In this document: positions 39,938-49,485 of the stretch, one piece after another
Position numbering within the stretch: position 1 is the stretch's first letter
Layout of the letters: each line of letters opens with the position of its first letter
Assembly (NCBI GenBank): GCA_938073745.1
Contig: CALJFR010000003.1
Coordinates: forward strand, 1,049-65,048
Direction: 5' to 3'
Length of the DNA: 64,000 nt
From: an uncultured Flavobacteriales bacterium
GTDB taxonomy: Bacteria > Bacteroidota > Bacteroidia > Flavobacteriales > BACL11
Translations under genes and position numbers: made by a program
Notes under the pieces: model-generated
The model's input: only the letters and a program-made list of their open reading frames with translations
The model's database searches: none
Told to the model about the DNA's origin: nothing

Positions 39938-40892
39938 TTTCGTCAAACTTATTAGACCATTTAACTTATTCATTTTAATATTAATTTGTGTTACTGTAAA
40001 ATTTGGTTTGATTAATCAATTTATAATTGAGCCTGCATTATCTGATTTTAATTTTTTCTTATTTCTTATTAGTACATTATTTGTTACAGCATCTGGGTAT
40101 ATTATAAATGACATTTATGATGAAAAGATTGATAAAATAAATAAAGATCATAAACGAATCATAAACAAAGGAATTAACTCTAAAAGTGCAATTATATGCT
40201 ACTTTCTATTTAATTTTTTGGCACTTTTAATAATAGTATATGTTGCTTTTGTAATAGAAAAAAAAATCTTTTCTCTTATTTTTTTATATTCTATTTTTAT
40301 TTTGTGGAGATATTCAAAGCATCTTAAATACACCTTTTTAAGAGGGAATCTAGTGGTTAGCTGCTTAGTTGCTTTATCAATATTAAATTTAGGTTTATTT
40401 GATATTGTTCCTGTAATTAATAATGAGAATTCTTCAAAAATAATTTTTTTAATAATTATGATTTATTCTTTTTTTGCTTTCTTAATGACTTTTTCTAGAG
40501 AAATAATAAAAGATTTAGAGGATGCTGAAGGGGATAAAAAATACGGAGCTAACACAATTGCATTAAGCCTTGGTATTCATAAATCTAAAAGGATTATTAA
40601 TTCTATTAATCTAATAGTATTATTCTTAATTGCCTATTGGCAATATTTTCAATATAGTTTATATCTTACTGCATTTGATACGGTTAATAATGAACAAATA
40701 GAAATTTGGGGAACCAATTATTTCTCAATTATTTATACAGCATTATTACAAATATGTTTAATCTATTTTATTTTCAAATGTTTTTTTGCAAAACAAAAAA
40801 GTGATTTTTCTTTTTTAAGTAAAATTTCAAAAATCATCATGTTGTTAGGTATATTTTCTATTCTTTTTTATACTTCAACTTATTTATATTAA
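39921..40892 (+). CDS. UbiA-family prenyltransferase (homologues usually labelled geranylgeranylglycerol-phosphate geranylgeranyltransferase)
   Basis: Asp-rich motifs NDIYDEKIDKINKDHKR and KDLEDAEGDKKYG, with about 8 TM helices. ATG 39921 (MTTLINFVKLIRPFN) is preferred over track start 39900. It overlaps the upstream gene by 17 nt. Confidence 0.75.
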   Translation: MTTLINFVKLIRPFNLFILILICVTVKFGLINQFIIEPALSDFNFFLFLISTLFVTASGYIINDIYDEKIDKINKDHKRIINKGINSKSAIICYFLFNFLALLIIVYVAFVIEKKIFSLIFLYSIFILWRYSKHLKYTFLRGNLVVSCLVALSILNLGLFDIVPVINNENSSKIIFLIIMIYSFFAFLMTFSREIIKDLEDAEGDKKYGANTIALSLGIHKSKRIINSINLIVLFLIAYWQYFQYSLYLTAFDTVNNEQIEIWGTNYFSIIYTALLQICLIYFIFKCFFAKQKSDFSFLSKISKIIMLLGIFSILFYTSTYLY

Positions 40893-41473
40893 TGCTTAAA
40901 AAATTTAAAAATTACAACTTAATTTTAGGATCTAATTCCCCAAGAAGAAAAGAAATTCTTAAAGAAATTGGATTAGATTTTTCTATATATCCTTCAAATA
41001 TTGAGGAGAATTTTAACAAAGAAATTGAACTTAAAAATATTCCGGTTTTTTTAGCTGAAAAAAAAGCTAATGCCCTTAAAAATAAATTAAAAGAGAATGA
41101 TATACTTATTACAGCTGATACAGTTGTAATATATAATGATGAATTACTCTCTAAACCAGAAAACACTTATCAAGCGAAGGAAATGTTAGAAAAACTATCA
41201 GGAAAATCTCACAAAGTTATCACTGGAGTATGCCTATTAAGCAAAAATAATAAATCCATATTCTCTAGTAAAACTATCGTTACTTTTAATGAATTAGATA
41301 AGTTTGAAATTGAATTCTATATTAATAAGTATAAACCATTTGACAAGGCAGGATCATATGGAATTCAAGAATGGATTGGCTTAATTGGAATTAAAAAAAT
41401 TGAAGGCTCATATACCAATGTTGTTGGACTTCCCGCATCTATGCTATATAGTAAGCTTAAAAAATTTATTTAG
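40892..41473 (+). CDS. maf: Maf-like nucleoside triphosphate pyrophosphatase
   Basis: LILGSNSPRRKEIL N-terminal motif and GSYGIQ. The start overlaps the upstream stop (TAATG). Confidence 0.85.
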   Translation: MLKKFKNYNLILGSNSPRRKEILKEIGLDFSIYPSNIEENFNKEIELKNIPVFLAEKKANALKNKLKENDILITADTVVIYNDELLSKPENTYQAKEMLEKLSGKSHKVITGVCLLSKNNKSIFSSKTIVTFNELDKFEIEFYINKYKPFDKAGSYGIQEWIGLIGIKKIEGSYTNVVGLPASMLYSKLKKFI

Positions 41474-41484
41474 CTTTACTTTCT

Positions 41485-41492
41485 TATCTTTG
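41485..41492 (+). promoter_or_regulatory. -7 box TATCTTTG upstream of wza-like gene
   Basis: Exact TAnnTTTG match. Its last base is the G of the track's GTG 41492 start, which argues for ATG 41507 instead. Confidence 0.4.
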
Positions 41493-41506
41493 TGAAAATT
41501 TTTTTG

Positions 41507-42289
41507 ATGAAAAAAAATAATTTCTTATTTATATTTTTACTCAGTATTATAATTACATCATTTTTCAGTTGTACACCTGTGAGTAAAATCACATACATGA
41601 ATAATATAAATAATGAGGGTTGGGGCATTTCCCCTATTCCTCCAAAGCATAAAATAGAAATAGGAGATATTTTAATGATTAAAGTAATCAGTCGTAATGA
41701 AGAATCAAATAAGTTATTTAATGTTGAAACAAATACTAATAATGCCAACACAACAACAACAGCTGCTAATCTTTACTTAAATGGATTTACTGTTAGCACA
41801 GATGGAAATATTGACCTTCCAAATGTTGGCACAGTAAATATTGTTAATCAAACTCTTGATGAAGCTAAAGAGACTATTGCCAATCTTGCAAAAGAATATA
41901 TTATTGATCCATACGTAATAGTAAAACTAGCAAATTTTGAAGTAACCGTACTAGGGGAAGTTAACAACCCGGGGACATTTCCAGTATACAAAGAAAACCT
42001 AACTATTTTTGATGCTCTAGCTATGGCTGGTGATATAAATGATTATGGAAACTTGAAAAAAGTTAGAATTATTAGATCTAACAACAACAAGAAAAAAGTC
42101 TATTACTTTGACTTAACAGAGAGCAAAATTCTTCAATCAAATTTCTATTATTTAAATAATAAGGATTTAGTATATGTTCAACCTTTAAAGTTCAAGGGAC
42201 TCAAAAAATCACAATCTCAAATTTTACTATCAAGTTTGACAACTTTTGCTGTTCTATTTAATGCTATCTTAAACTTTACTAGAGATTAA
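41507..42289 (+). CDS. wza: Polysaccharide export outer-membrane lipoprotein (Wza-like: Poly_export + SLBB)
   Basis: MKKNNFLFIFLLSIIITSFFSC lipoprotein signal. IGDILMIKV and VTVLGEVNNPGTF are Poly_export/SLBB-like blocks. Confidence 0.8.
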   Translation: MKKNNFLFIFLLSIIITSFFSCTPVSKITYMNNINNEGWGISPIPPKHKIEIGDILMIKVISRNEESNKLFNVETNTNNANTTTTAANLYLNGFTVSTDGNIDLPNVGTVNIVNQTLDEAKETIANLAKEYIIDPYVIVKLANFEVTVLGEVNNPGTFPVYKENLTIFDALAMAGDINDYGNLKKVRIIRSNNNKKKVYYFDLTESKILQSNFYYLNNKDLVYVQPLKFKGLKKSQSQILLSSLTTFAVLFNAILNFTRD

Positions 42290-42294
42290 TATTT

Positions 42295-44700
42295 ATGAAT
42301 AATGAGACAAATCAAATTAAGGAAGAAAAGGTAGATTTAAAAAATCTACTTTTTAGATATTATAATCATTGGTATTATTTTGTTATTTCAGTATTTTTCT
42401 TTGCACTTATTGCTTTTGCATATATAAGATATACAACTCCAATTTATAGCGTTTCAAGCACAATACTAATTAGAGATGATAATAACACTCAATTGGGTGC
42501 AGAAAATATCTTAGAAGGAATGGAACTTTTTAGTGGTAAAACTAATATAAATAACGAAATAGTTGTTTTAAAATCATTCTCATTAATAAATCAAGTAATT
42601 GATGATCTCGGCTTAGGAGTTTCTTATTATCAGCACGGCTTTCTTCAGAGTAACGAATTATTTCAAAATACACCATTCATTGTTAAAATTGACTCTAATT
42701 TTAATCAAATTTCTAATAATGAATTTCGCATTCAAGTTATTGATAAAAACACATTTAATCTAACCTCATCAATTGATGACCTATATACATACAATCCAAA
42801 AAATGACAGGATTAACAAAAATATCCTTGCTGATATTGAACTTGATCAAAACTTTATATTTGGACAGCAGATTAAATCAAAGTATTTTTCATTTAAATTA
42901 GAAAAAACAAATTCATTTAATCTAGAAAAAATTAAAGAAAACAATAAAGATTTTTCTTTTAAGCTTCATCAAAGATCTAAACTAGTTTCCAATTATATAG
43001 AATCTGTATCAATCAACCCTATTAACAAGGAAACCTCTGTTCTCAAGTTAAAAATTAACGGTGAAAACCCTGGAAAAAGCATTAACTTTCTTAATAAGCT
43101 AAGTGAAAAATATATTGATAATGGGCTGAATGATAAAAATAATATGGCCATTAACACTATTACATTTATTGACAATCAACTTAGTATAATTAAAGATTCA
43201 TTAATAAAAATTGAAAATAATTTAGAAAGCTTCAAGAAAAAACATCCAAATATTGAGAATATCGAAGAAGAGTATGGAGCATTTTTTCAAAAACAGAAAA
43301 TTGACAATCAATTATCAGAATTACAAGTCAATATAAAATACTACACTTCATTACAAGAATATTTAACAATTAATAAACAAACTAAGAGCATTGTCTCACC
43401 AACATCATTAGGAATTAATAATCCAGAACTTAATACTCTAATAAATCAATTATTACAATTGACTGCTAGACAGAGTGATTTAGAACTTACTACCACTGAA
43501 AAAAACCCAACATATATTTCTTTAATTTCACAAATAAAAAGCACAAAAGAAATTTTAATTGAAAATTTAAATAATCTTATAGCCACTTCTAAAATTTATG
43601 AAGAAGATTTATTAGCTAGAATAACTGATTACAGTTCTAGCATTAATAGATTACCAAAACATCAAAAAGAATATATTAACCTAAAAAGAGAGTTTTTATA
43701 TAATGAACAGACCTTGGTTTATCTTCAAAACAAAAAATATGAAGCATCATTAGCAAAAGCTGGAACAGAATCCGATCATAAAGTTATTGATTATGCCAGA
43801 TTAGATAGTGAGGTACCTGTTAGTCCTAGAAATTCAGTAGCATACTTTTTTTGTTTGCTTTTAGGAATACTTATACCTATTATTCTAATTTCTTTAAAAG
43901 AGTTTTTTAATAATACTATCAGAAGCAAAAAAGACTTACAACTACACTCTAATATTCCTATTTTAGGTTTGATTGGACATAGTGATAAAATGAGAAGCTT
44001 AATTGTACCGAAAAATTCCAAATCTGTAATTTCTGAATCATTCAGATCAATTAGAACAAATATTCAATATTTAGCAGTTGATAAAGAAAAGAAAGTTATT
44101 ACTGTAAGTTCATCAATTGGTGGAGAAGGTAAAACTTTTTGTTCAATGAATCTAGCTTCTATATTTGCTCTATCTGGACATAAAACTGTACTAATTGGGG
44201 CAGATCTTAGAAAGCCTAAACTAGAACTTGAATTTAAGTCTGAAAATAAAAGTGGATTAAGTAATTATTTGATTAATAAATCTACTCTTAAAGAAGTTAC
44301 AAATAAAACTGAAATCGAACATCTTGACATTATATTTTCTGGTCCTACTCCACCCAATCCAGCAGAATTATTAGATAGTAGTAAAATGAAAGATTTGATT
44401 AAGCTATTGAATAAAACATATGATTATGTTATTATTGACACACCACCAATTGGGTTGGTTACTGATGGTGTGATTTTAATGAAAAGTGCTGATATAAATC
44501 TTTATGTAGTCAGACATAACTATACTAAGCACCAAGCTTTGTCAGTTGTAAATTCTTTATATGATAATCATCAAATAAAAGATATTCATATTATAATCAA
44601 TGATTATCAAGCCAACATAGGAAACTATGGATATGGATATGGATATGGATATGGATATGGTGGAGGTTATGGTTACTATGAAGAAGATAAAGAATCATAA
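42295..44700 (+). CDS. wzc: Polysaccharide co-polymerase / BY-kinase (Wzc-like)
   Basis: Wzz-type N-terminal TM plus coiled-coil periplasmic domain, then a second TM. C-terminal kinase with Walker A SSSIGGEGKTF, Walker A' VIIDTPP, and the Tyr cluster NYGYGYGYGYGYGGGYGYY. Confidence 0.85.
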   Translation: MNNETNQIKEEKVDLKNLLFRYYNHWYYFVISVFFFALIAFAYIRYTTPIYSVSSTILIRDDNNTQLGAENILEGMELFSGKTNINNEIVVLKSFSLINQVIDDLGLGVSYYQHGFLQSNELFQNTPFIVKIDSNFNQISNNEFRIQVIDKNTFNLTSSIDDLYTYNPKNDRINKNILADIELDQNFIFGQQIKSKYFSFKLEKTNSFNLEKIKENNKDFSFKLHQRSKLVSNYIESVSINPINKETSVLKLKINGENPGKSINFLNKLSEKYIDNGLNDKNNMAINTITFIDNQLSIIKDSLIKIENNLESFKKKHPNIENIEEEYGAFFQKQKIDNQLSELQVNIKYYTSLQEYLTINKQTKSIVSPTSLGINNPELNTLINQLLQLTARQSDLELTTTEKNPTYISLISQIKSTKEILIENLNNLIATSKIYEEDLLARITDYSSSINRLPKHQKEYINLKREFLYNEQTLVYLQNKKYEASLAKAGTESDHKVIDYARLDSEVPVSPRNSVAYFFCLLLGILIPIILISLKEFFNNTIRSKKDLQLHSNIPILGLIGHSDKMRSLIVPKNSKSVISESFRSIRTNIQYLAVDKEKKVITVSSSIGGEGKTFCSMNLASIFALSGHKTVLIGADLRKPKLELEFKSENKSGLSNYLINKSTLKEVTNKTEIEHLDIIFSGPTPPNPAELLDSSKMKDLIKLLNKTYDYVIIDTPPIGLVTDGVILMKSADINLYVVRHNYTKHQALSVVNSLYDNHQIKDIHIIINDYQANIGNYGYGYGYGYGYGGGYGYYEEDKES
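44626..44661 (+). repeat. In-frame hexanucleotide microsatellite (TATGGA)x5 + TATGGT encoding the (YG)6 tyrosine cluster of Wzc
   Basis: Read directly: tatgga x5 then tatggt. Position 44626 is codon-phased with the 42295 start. Confidence 0.95.
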
Positions 44701-44798
44701 CAAAAAAGAGAATTATTAAATCTAATAAAGAAATACCATTTTTTCTTGCCTTATTTCCCCTACTGAGTTTAATAATACTATTAGCCACTAATGTTGTA

Positions 44799-46145
44799 TT
44801 GTATGGGGATGAATCCTTAAGTGGACCAAACCAAATTGCTTTATTGCTTGCAACTTCCATAACTGCATCTATTGGTATTTACAATGGTAAAAGCTGGGGA
44901 AGTATTTTGAAAGGAATTAGTTCAAGTATATCGTCAACATCATCTGCAATTATCATTCTTTTATTAATTGGAGCATTAACTGGTACTTGGTTAATAAGTG
45001 GAATTGTACCTGCAATGATATATTATGGATTAAAAATCTTAAATCCTGAAATTTTTCTTTTTGCATCTTGTATTATTTGTGCAATAGTTTCATTAGCATC
45101 TGGAAGCTCATGGTCTACAATTGCTACTGTTGGTATTGCATTATTAGGTATAGGCAACGTTCTTGGTATTTCAGAAGGTTTAATTGCAGGATCAATAATA
45201 TCAGGCGCTTACTTTGGAGATAAGTTATCTCCTTTATCTGACACAACTAATTTAGCTGCTGCAATGTCAGGAACGAATCTTTTTACTCACATAAAATATA
45301 TGATGTATACTACAATTCCTTCATATATAATTACTTTAATTACTTTCTTTCTGCTAGGAAATTCACTTGAAATCACTTCAAATCAAAATATAAATGAATT
45401 ACTTCTTTCATTAGATTTCACATTTAATATTAATCTATGGCTGTTTCTCGTCCCTCTAACTGTTATTATTTTAATTATAAAGAAAACACCTGCTATTCCC
45501 GCTTTATTAACAGGAACACTACTTGGTGGAGCTTTTGCAATAATTTTTCAACCTCAACTAATCAGTGAAATTTCTCAGGTTTCAATTCTGAATATAAAAA
45601 CATATTATTTAGTAATAATGAATGCAATGGCTAGTGAGATAAATATAGTCACTGATAATGATCTTATGAATAATCTTCTAAGTAGTAGTGGAATGAAGGG
45701 AATGCTTCCTACTGTTTGGTTAGTAATATGCGCAATGAGTTTTGGCGGAGCAATGCAAGAGTCTGGTTTATTAAAAAGAATAAGTGATCCTATAATGCTT
45801 TATGCGAAAAAAACTGGTTCATTAATAGCGACCACCTCTTTAACTTGTTTTTTCTTTAACATCACTACATCTGATCAATATTTAAGTATTGTTGTTCCAG
45901 GAAAAATGTTTGAAAAGACATTTAAAGATAAAGGATTAGCACCAGAAAATCTAAGTAGGACTCTTGAAGATAGTGGAACTGTTACTTCTGTTTTAATTCC
46001 TTGGAACACTTGCGGTGCAGCCCAGTCAGCGGTACTTGGCGTTGCTACGATAGCATATTTACCTTTCTGTTTTTTTAATTTAATAAGCCCAATTATGACA
46101 TTACTGTACGGCTATTTAAATATAAAAATTAAAAAAATTAATTAA
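44799..46145 (+). CDS. nhaC: Na+/H+ antiporter NhaC family (true start probably upstream, non-canonical)
   Basis: YGDESLSGPNQIALLLA and a multi-TM body typical of NhaC. The same frame is open from 44691 and encodes KEIPFFLALFPLLSLIILLATNVV, which looks like NhaC TM1. It contains no ATG, GTG or TTG before 44799. Confidence 0.8.
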   Translation: MYGDESLSGPNQIALLLATSITASIGIYNGKSWGSILKGISSSISSTSSAIIILLLIGALTGTWLISGIVPAMIYYGLKILNPEIFLFASCIICAIVSLASGSSWSTIATVGIALLGIGNVLGISEGLIAGSIISGAYFGDKLSPLSDTTNLAAAMSGTNLFTHIKYMMYTTIPSYIITLITFFLLGNSLEITSNQNINELLLSLDFTFNINLWLFLVPLTVIILIIKKTPAIPALLTGTLLGGAFAIIFQPQLISEISQVSILNIKTYYLVIMNAMASEINIVTDNDLMNNLLSSSGMKGMLPTVWLVICAMSFGGAMQESGLLKRISDPIMLYAKKTGSLIATTSLTCFFFNITTSDQYLSIVVPGKMFEKTFKDKGLAPENLSRTLEDSGTVTSVLIPWNTCGAAQSAVLGVATIAYLPFCFFNLISPIMTLLYGYLNIKIKKIN

Positions 46146-47268
46146 ATATTTCTTTTAGTCTTTTAATAGTAAAATCAATTTCTTCTTTAGTATTATACTT
46201 GCTAAAAGAAAATCTCACACCAGTTCTACTTTGATCTTTACATACTTCATCTAATACATGAGAGCCAGACATATGCCCAGCTGAACATGCACTTCCACCG
46301 GAGCATGAAATACCCATTATATCTAAATTAAAAAGCAACATTTCAGACGAAGAATTTTTAGGAAAACTTACACTTAAGATTTTAAACAAACTATTTTTAT
46401 GATCTGTACAAGAGGCATTAAAGCCAATATCATTTAAATTGTTCTTTAGTTCTTGAATCATATATTTCTTTAAATCTAAAATATATTTTTTGTCTTCATT
46501 CATAGATGAAAAAGATATTTCCATAGCCTTTGCAAGTCCGGCAATAGAATGAACATTTTCTGTTCCAGCACGCATATTTCTTTCTTGAGATCCTCCTGAA
46601 ATAAAAGGTTTTATTGTTATATTATCTCCTATATATATAAACCCAACTCCTTTTGGCCCATGAAATTTATGTGCAGATCCTGTAATAAAATCAACTTCTA
46701 TTTCTTGTAAATCAATAGTATAATGAGCCATTGTTTGTACAGTATCTGAATGAAAAATAGCATTATACTTTTTACATATTAGTCCTATTTCTTTAATGGG
46801 TTGAATAGTTCCAATTTCATTATTTGCATGCATGATAGAAACAAAAGTTCTAGGATTATTTTGTAAAAGTTGATCTAAGTGGTTTAAATCAATTCTTCCG
46901 TTCTTATCAAGTTTAATGTATGATAATGAAATCAAGTTCTTTTTATTTAGTTCTTCTAATGGATAAAGAACTGCCTTATGAGAAATTGATGATGTTATTG
47001 CATGAGTTATATTATTATCTAAAATACCACATCTAATTGCCATATTATCAGCTTCAGTTCCACCGGAAGTGAAAAAAATATTTCCTGGAGATGTATTTAA
47101 TAAGTTTGCAACTGTTTTTCTAGATTTTTCGATAATTATTCTTGACTTTCTACCACCATGATGAATAGATGAAGGGTTTGCATAGTCAGATTTCATCATA
47201 TCTGACATTAAATCAATAACTTCAGGTGCAATAGCTGTTGTTGCAGCGTTATCTAGATATACACGCAT
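46138..47268 (-). CDS. Cysteine desulfurase (class V aminotransferase, NifS/IscS-like)
   Basis: PLP-lysine motif SAHKFHGPKGVG and active-site loop SGGSACS. The 3' end overlaps nhaC by 8 nt. Confidence 0.85.
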   Translation of the reverse strand: MRVYLDNAATTAIAPEVIDLMSDMMKSDYANPSSIHHGGRKSRIIIEKSRKTVANLLNTSPGNIFFTSGGTEADNMAIRCGILDNNITHAITSSISHKAVLYPLEELNKKNLISLSYIKLDKNGRIDLNHLDQLLQNNPRTFVSIMHANNEIGTIQPIKEIGLICKKYNAIFHSDTVQTMAHYTIDLQEIEVDFITGSAHKFHGPKGVGFIYIGDNITIKPFISGGSQERNMRAGTENVHSIAGLAKAMEISFSSMNEDKKYILDLKKYMIQELKNNLNDIGFNASCTDHKNSLFKILSVSFPKNSSSEMLLFNLDIMGISCSGGSACSAGHMSGSHVLDEVCKDQSRTGVRFSFSKYNTKEEIDFTIKRLKEIFN

Positions 47269-48647
47269 TACAATAATTCTTTAATTTGATTAATAAAATC
47301 TTCAGCAAGTTTATTTGCTTTATCTAAAGTAACACTTTCTGAATAGATTCTAATTATTGGTTCAGTATTAGATCTTCTAAGATGAACCCAACCATCATCA
47401 AAATCTATTTTTAGCCCATCAATTGTGTTAATATTATTAGACATAAACTTAGACTCTAAAGTGCTTAAGAGTTTTGAAATATCAACTGATAAATCTAAAT
47501 CAATCTTATTTTTAGAAATAAAATAGTTAGGATAGGTTTCTCTTAGAGATTTACAACTAATCTCTTTTTCAGCTAAATTTGTTAGAAATAAAGCAATTCC
47601 TACAAGAGCATCTCTCCCATAATGTAATGCTGGATAAATTATACCTCCGTTTCCTTCGCCACCAATAACAGCATTTTTCTCTTTCATTTGTTCAACAACA
47701 TTTACTTCTCCAACAGCAGAAGCAAAATAATTGCCATTATGATTAATAGTAACATCAGCTAATGCTCTTGTAGAAGAGAGATTAGAAACTGTATTCCCAG
47801 GAGTTTTTGACAATACATAATCAGCAACTGAAACTAACGTATATTCTTCACCAAACATGGATCCATCTTCGCAAATTAAAGCAAGACGATCAACATCAGG
47901 ATCAACTACAATACCTAAGTCTGCATTTGTATCAATAACTTTTTTTGATATTTCAGTTAAATTTTCTGGTAATGGTTCAGGATTGTGGGGAAATTCACCC
48001 GTTGGATCACAAAACAGTTTAATACATTCAACACCAAGTTTTTCTAATAATTTTGGTATTAAAATACCACCTGTAGAATTAACTGCATCAAGTACAACCT
48101 TAAATTTCTTGGATTTAATAAGTTCAACATTAACTAATTCTAAATTCAATACGTCTTCAATATGTTTTTCATTATGTGAATCGTCATATTTATAAGAGCC
48201 AATATTGTCAATTAATGAAAAATTAAACTCCTCTTTCTCAGCAAAATCTAGAATTTTTTCACCGTCAGCTGCAGATATAAATTCTCCTTTATTATTTAGA
48301 AGTTTTAGTGCATTCCATTGTTTTGGATTATGACTAGCCGTAATTATTATTCCTCCAGCTGCAGATTCTTTTTCTACAGCAACTTCTACAGTAGGAGTAG
48401 TAGACAAACCAATATCAATTACGTTAAATCCACAACCAAGTAATGTTCCAGAAACTATATTTGACACCATTATTCCCGAAAGGCGAGCATCTCTACCAAT
48501 AACTATAGTATTTGAACTACAATCTTGATCAAATATAAATTTTGCATATGCAGAAGTAAATCTAACAATATCAATTGGAGTTAAGGAATCACCAACATCC
48601 CCACCAACTGTACCACGTATTCCAGAAATTGATTTTATTAATGTCAT
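47268..48647 (-). CDS. glmM: Phosphoglucosamine mutase / phosphohexomutase
   Basis: Phosphoserine loop IIITASHNPKQWNALK, metal loop VVDPDVDR, and sugar loop GGEGNGG. The stop overlaps the downstream start by 1 nt. Confidence 0.8.
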   Translation of the reverse strand: MTLIKSISGIRGTVGGDVGDSLTPIDIVRFTSAYAKFIFDQDCSSNTIVIGRDARLSGIMVSNIVSGTLLGCGFNVIDIGLSTTPTVEVAVEKESAAGGIIITASHNPKQWNALKLLNNKGEFISAADGEKILDFAEKEEFNFSLIDNIGSYKYDDSHNEKHIEDVLNLELVNVELIKSKKFKVVLDAVNSTGGILIPKLLEKLGVECIKLFCDPTGEFPHNPEPLPENLTEISKKVIDTNADLGIVVDPDVDRLALICEDGSMFGEEYTLVSVADYVLSKTPGNTVSNLSSTRALADVTINHNGNYFASAVGEVNVVEQMKEKNAVIGGEGNGGIIYPALHYGRDALVGIALFLTNLAEKEISCKSLRETYPNYFISKNKIDLDLSVDISKLLSTLESKFMSNNINTIDGLKIDFDDGWVHLRRSNTEPIIRIYSESVTLDKANKLAEDFINQIKELL

Positions 48648-48664
48648 CTAATAATGTTTCGCTA

Positions 48665-48672
48665 CAAATCTA
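48665..48672 (-). promoter_or_regulatory. -7 box TAGATTTG upstream of glmM
   Basis: The reverse complement of caaatcta is TAGATTTG, 17 nt upstream of ATG 48647. Confidence 0.4.
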
Positions 48673-48704
48673 CATAAATTACAATATTGTTCAAGTGAGA
48701 TTTC

Positions 48705-48712
48705 TATCTTTG
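48705..48712 (+). promoter_or_regulatory. -7 box TATCTTTG upstream of phosphosulfolactate-synthase-family gene
   Basis: Exact TAnnTTTG match, 17 nt upstream of ATG 48730. Confidence 0.45.
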
Positions 48713-48729
48713 TTTAAACTTATAATTAC

Positions 48730-49485
48730 ATGCTAGAATTTTTAAATAATATTCCAAAAAGACCTGAAAAGCCTAGAACAAAGGGTTTAACAATGATTAT
48801 GGATAAGGGACTTAGTTTAAATGAAGCTGAAAATATGGTAGTACTTAAAAGTGAACTTACAGATATTGTAAAACTTGGTTTTGGAACTAGCCTTTTAACA
48901 AGATATATTGATAAAAAAATTAGTCTCTATAAAGAAGCAGGCATAGATGTTTATACCGGTGGAACATTATTTGAAGCGTTTATAGTTAGAAATCAAATCG
49001 ATGACTTTTATAGACTAATGGATAAATTAAAACTTGAAATGGTTGAGGTTTCAGATGGATGCATACAGATGGAACATGATAAAAAATGTGAACTAATTCA
49101 TAAACTTAGTAAAGACTTTAAGGTTATTAGTGAAATTGGAAGTAAAGATGAATCACTAACGATTGAAGATGATAAATGGATTAGTTATATGAAAAAAGAA
49201 TTAGAAGCTGGTAGTTGGAAAGTTATTGCTGAAGCACGAGAGGGAGGTAATGTAGGGATGTTTGAAACAAATGGAGACATAAAAGGTAAACTAATCAAAA
49301 ATATCTCAAAAGAAATTGATATTTCTAATATTTTATGGGAGGCTCCACTTAAAAAACAGCAAATATGGTTTATTAATGAATTTGGTGCAAATGTGAATTT
49401 AGGCAACATTTCCCCAAACTCTATAATTTCTCTTGAATGTTTAAGATTAGGGTTAAGGGGGGATACATTTAATAATTACATATAA
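48730..49485 (+). CDS. (2R)-phospho-3-sulfolactate synthase (ComA) family protein
   Basis: PEKPRTKGLTMIMDKG, GGTLFE, VEVSDG, WEAPLKKQQ and the C-terminal ISLECLRLGLRGDTF all parallel the archaeal ComA sequence as I remember it. Confidence 0.75.
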   Translation: MLEFLNNIPKRPEKPRTKGLTMIMDKGLSLNEAENMVVLKSELTDIVKLGFGTSLLTRYIDKKISLYKEAGIDVYTGGTLFEAFIVRNQIDDFYRLMDKLKLEMVEVSDGCIQMEHDKKCELIHKLSKDFKVISEIGSKDESLTIEDDKWISYMKKELEAGSWKVIAEAREGGNVGMFETNGDIKGKLIKNISKEIDISNILWEAPLKKQQIWFINEFGANVNLGNISPNSIISLECLRLGLRGDTFNNYI

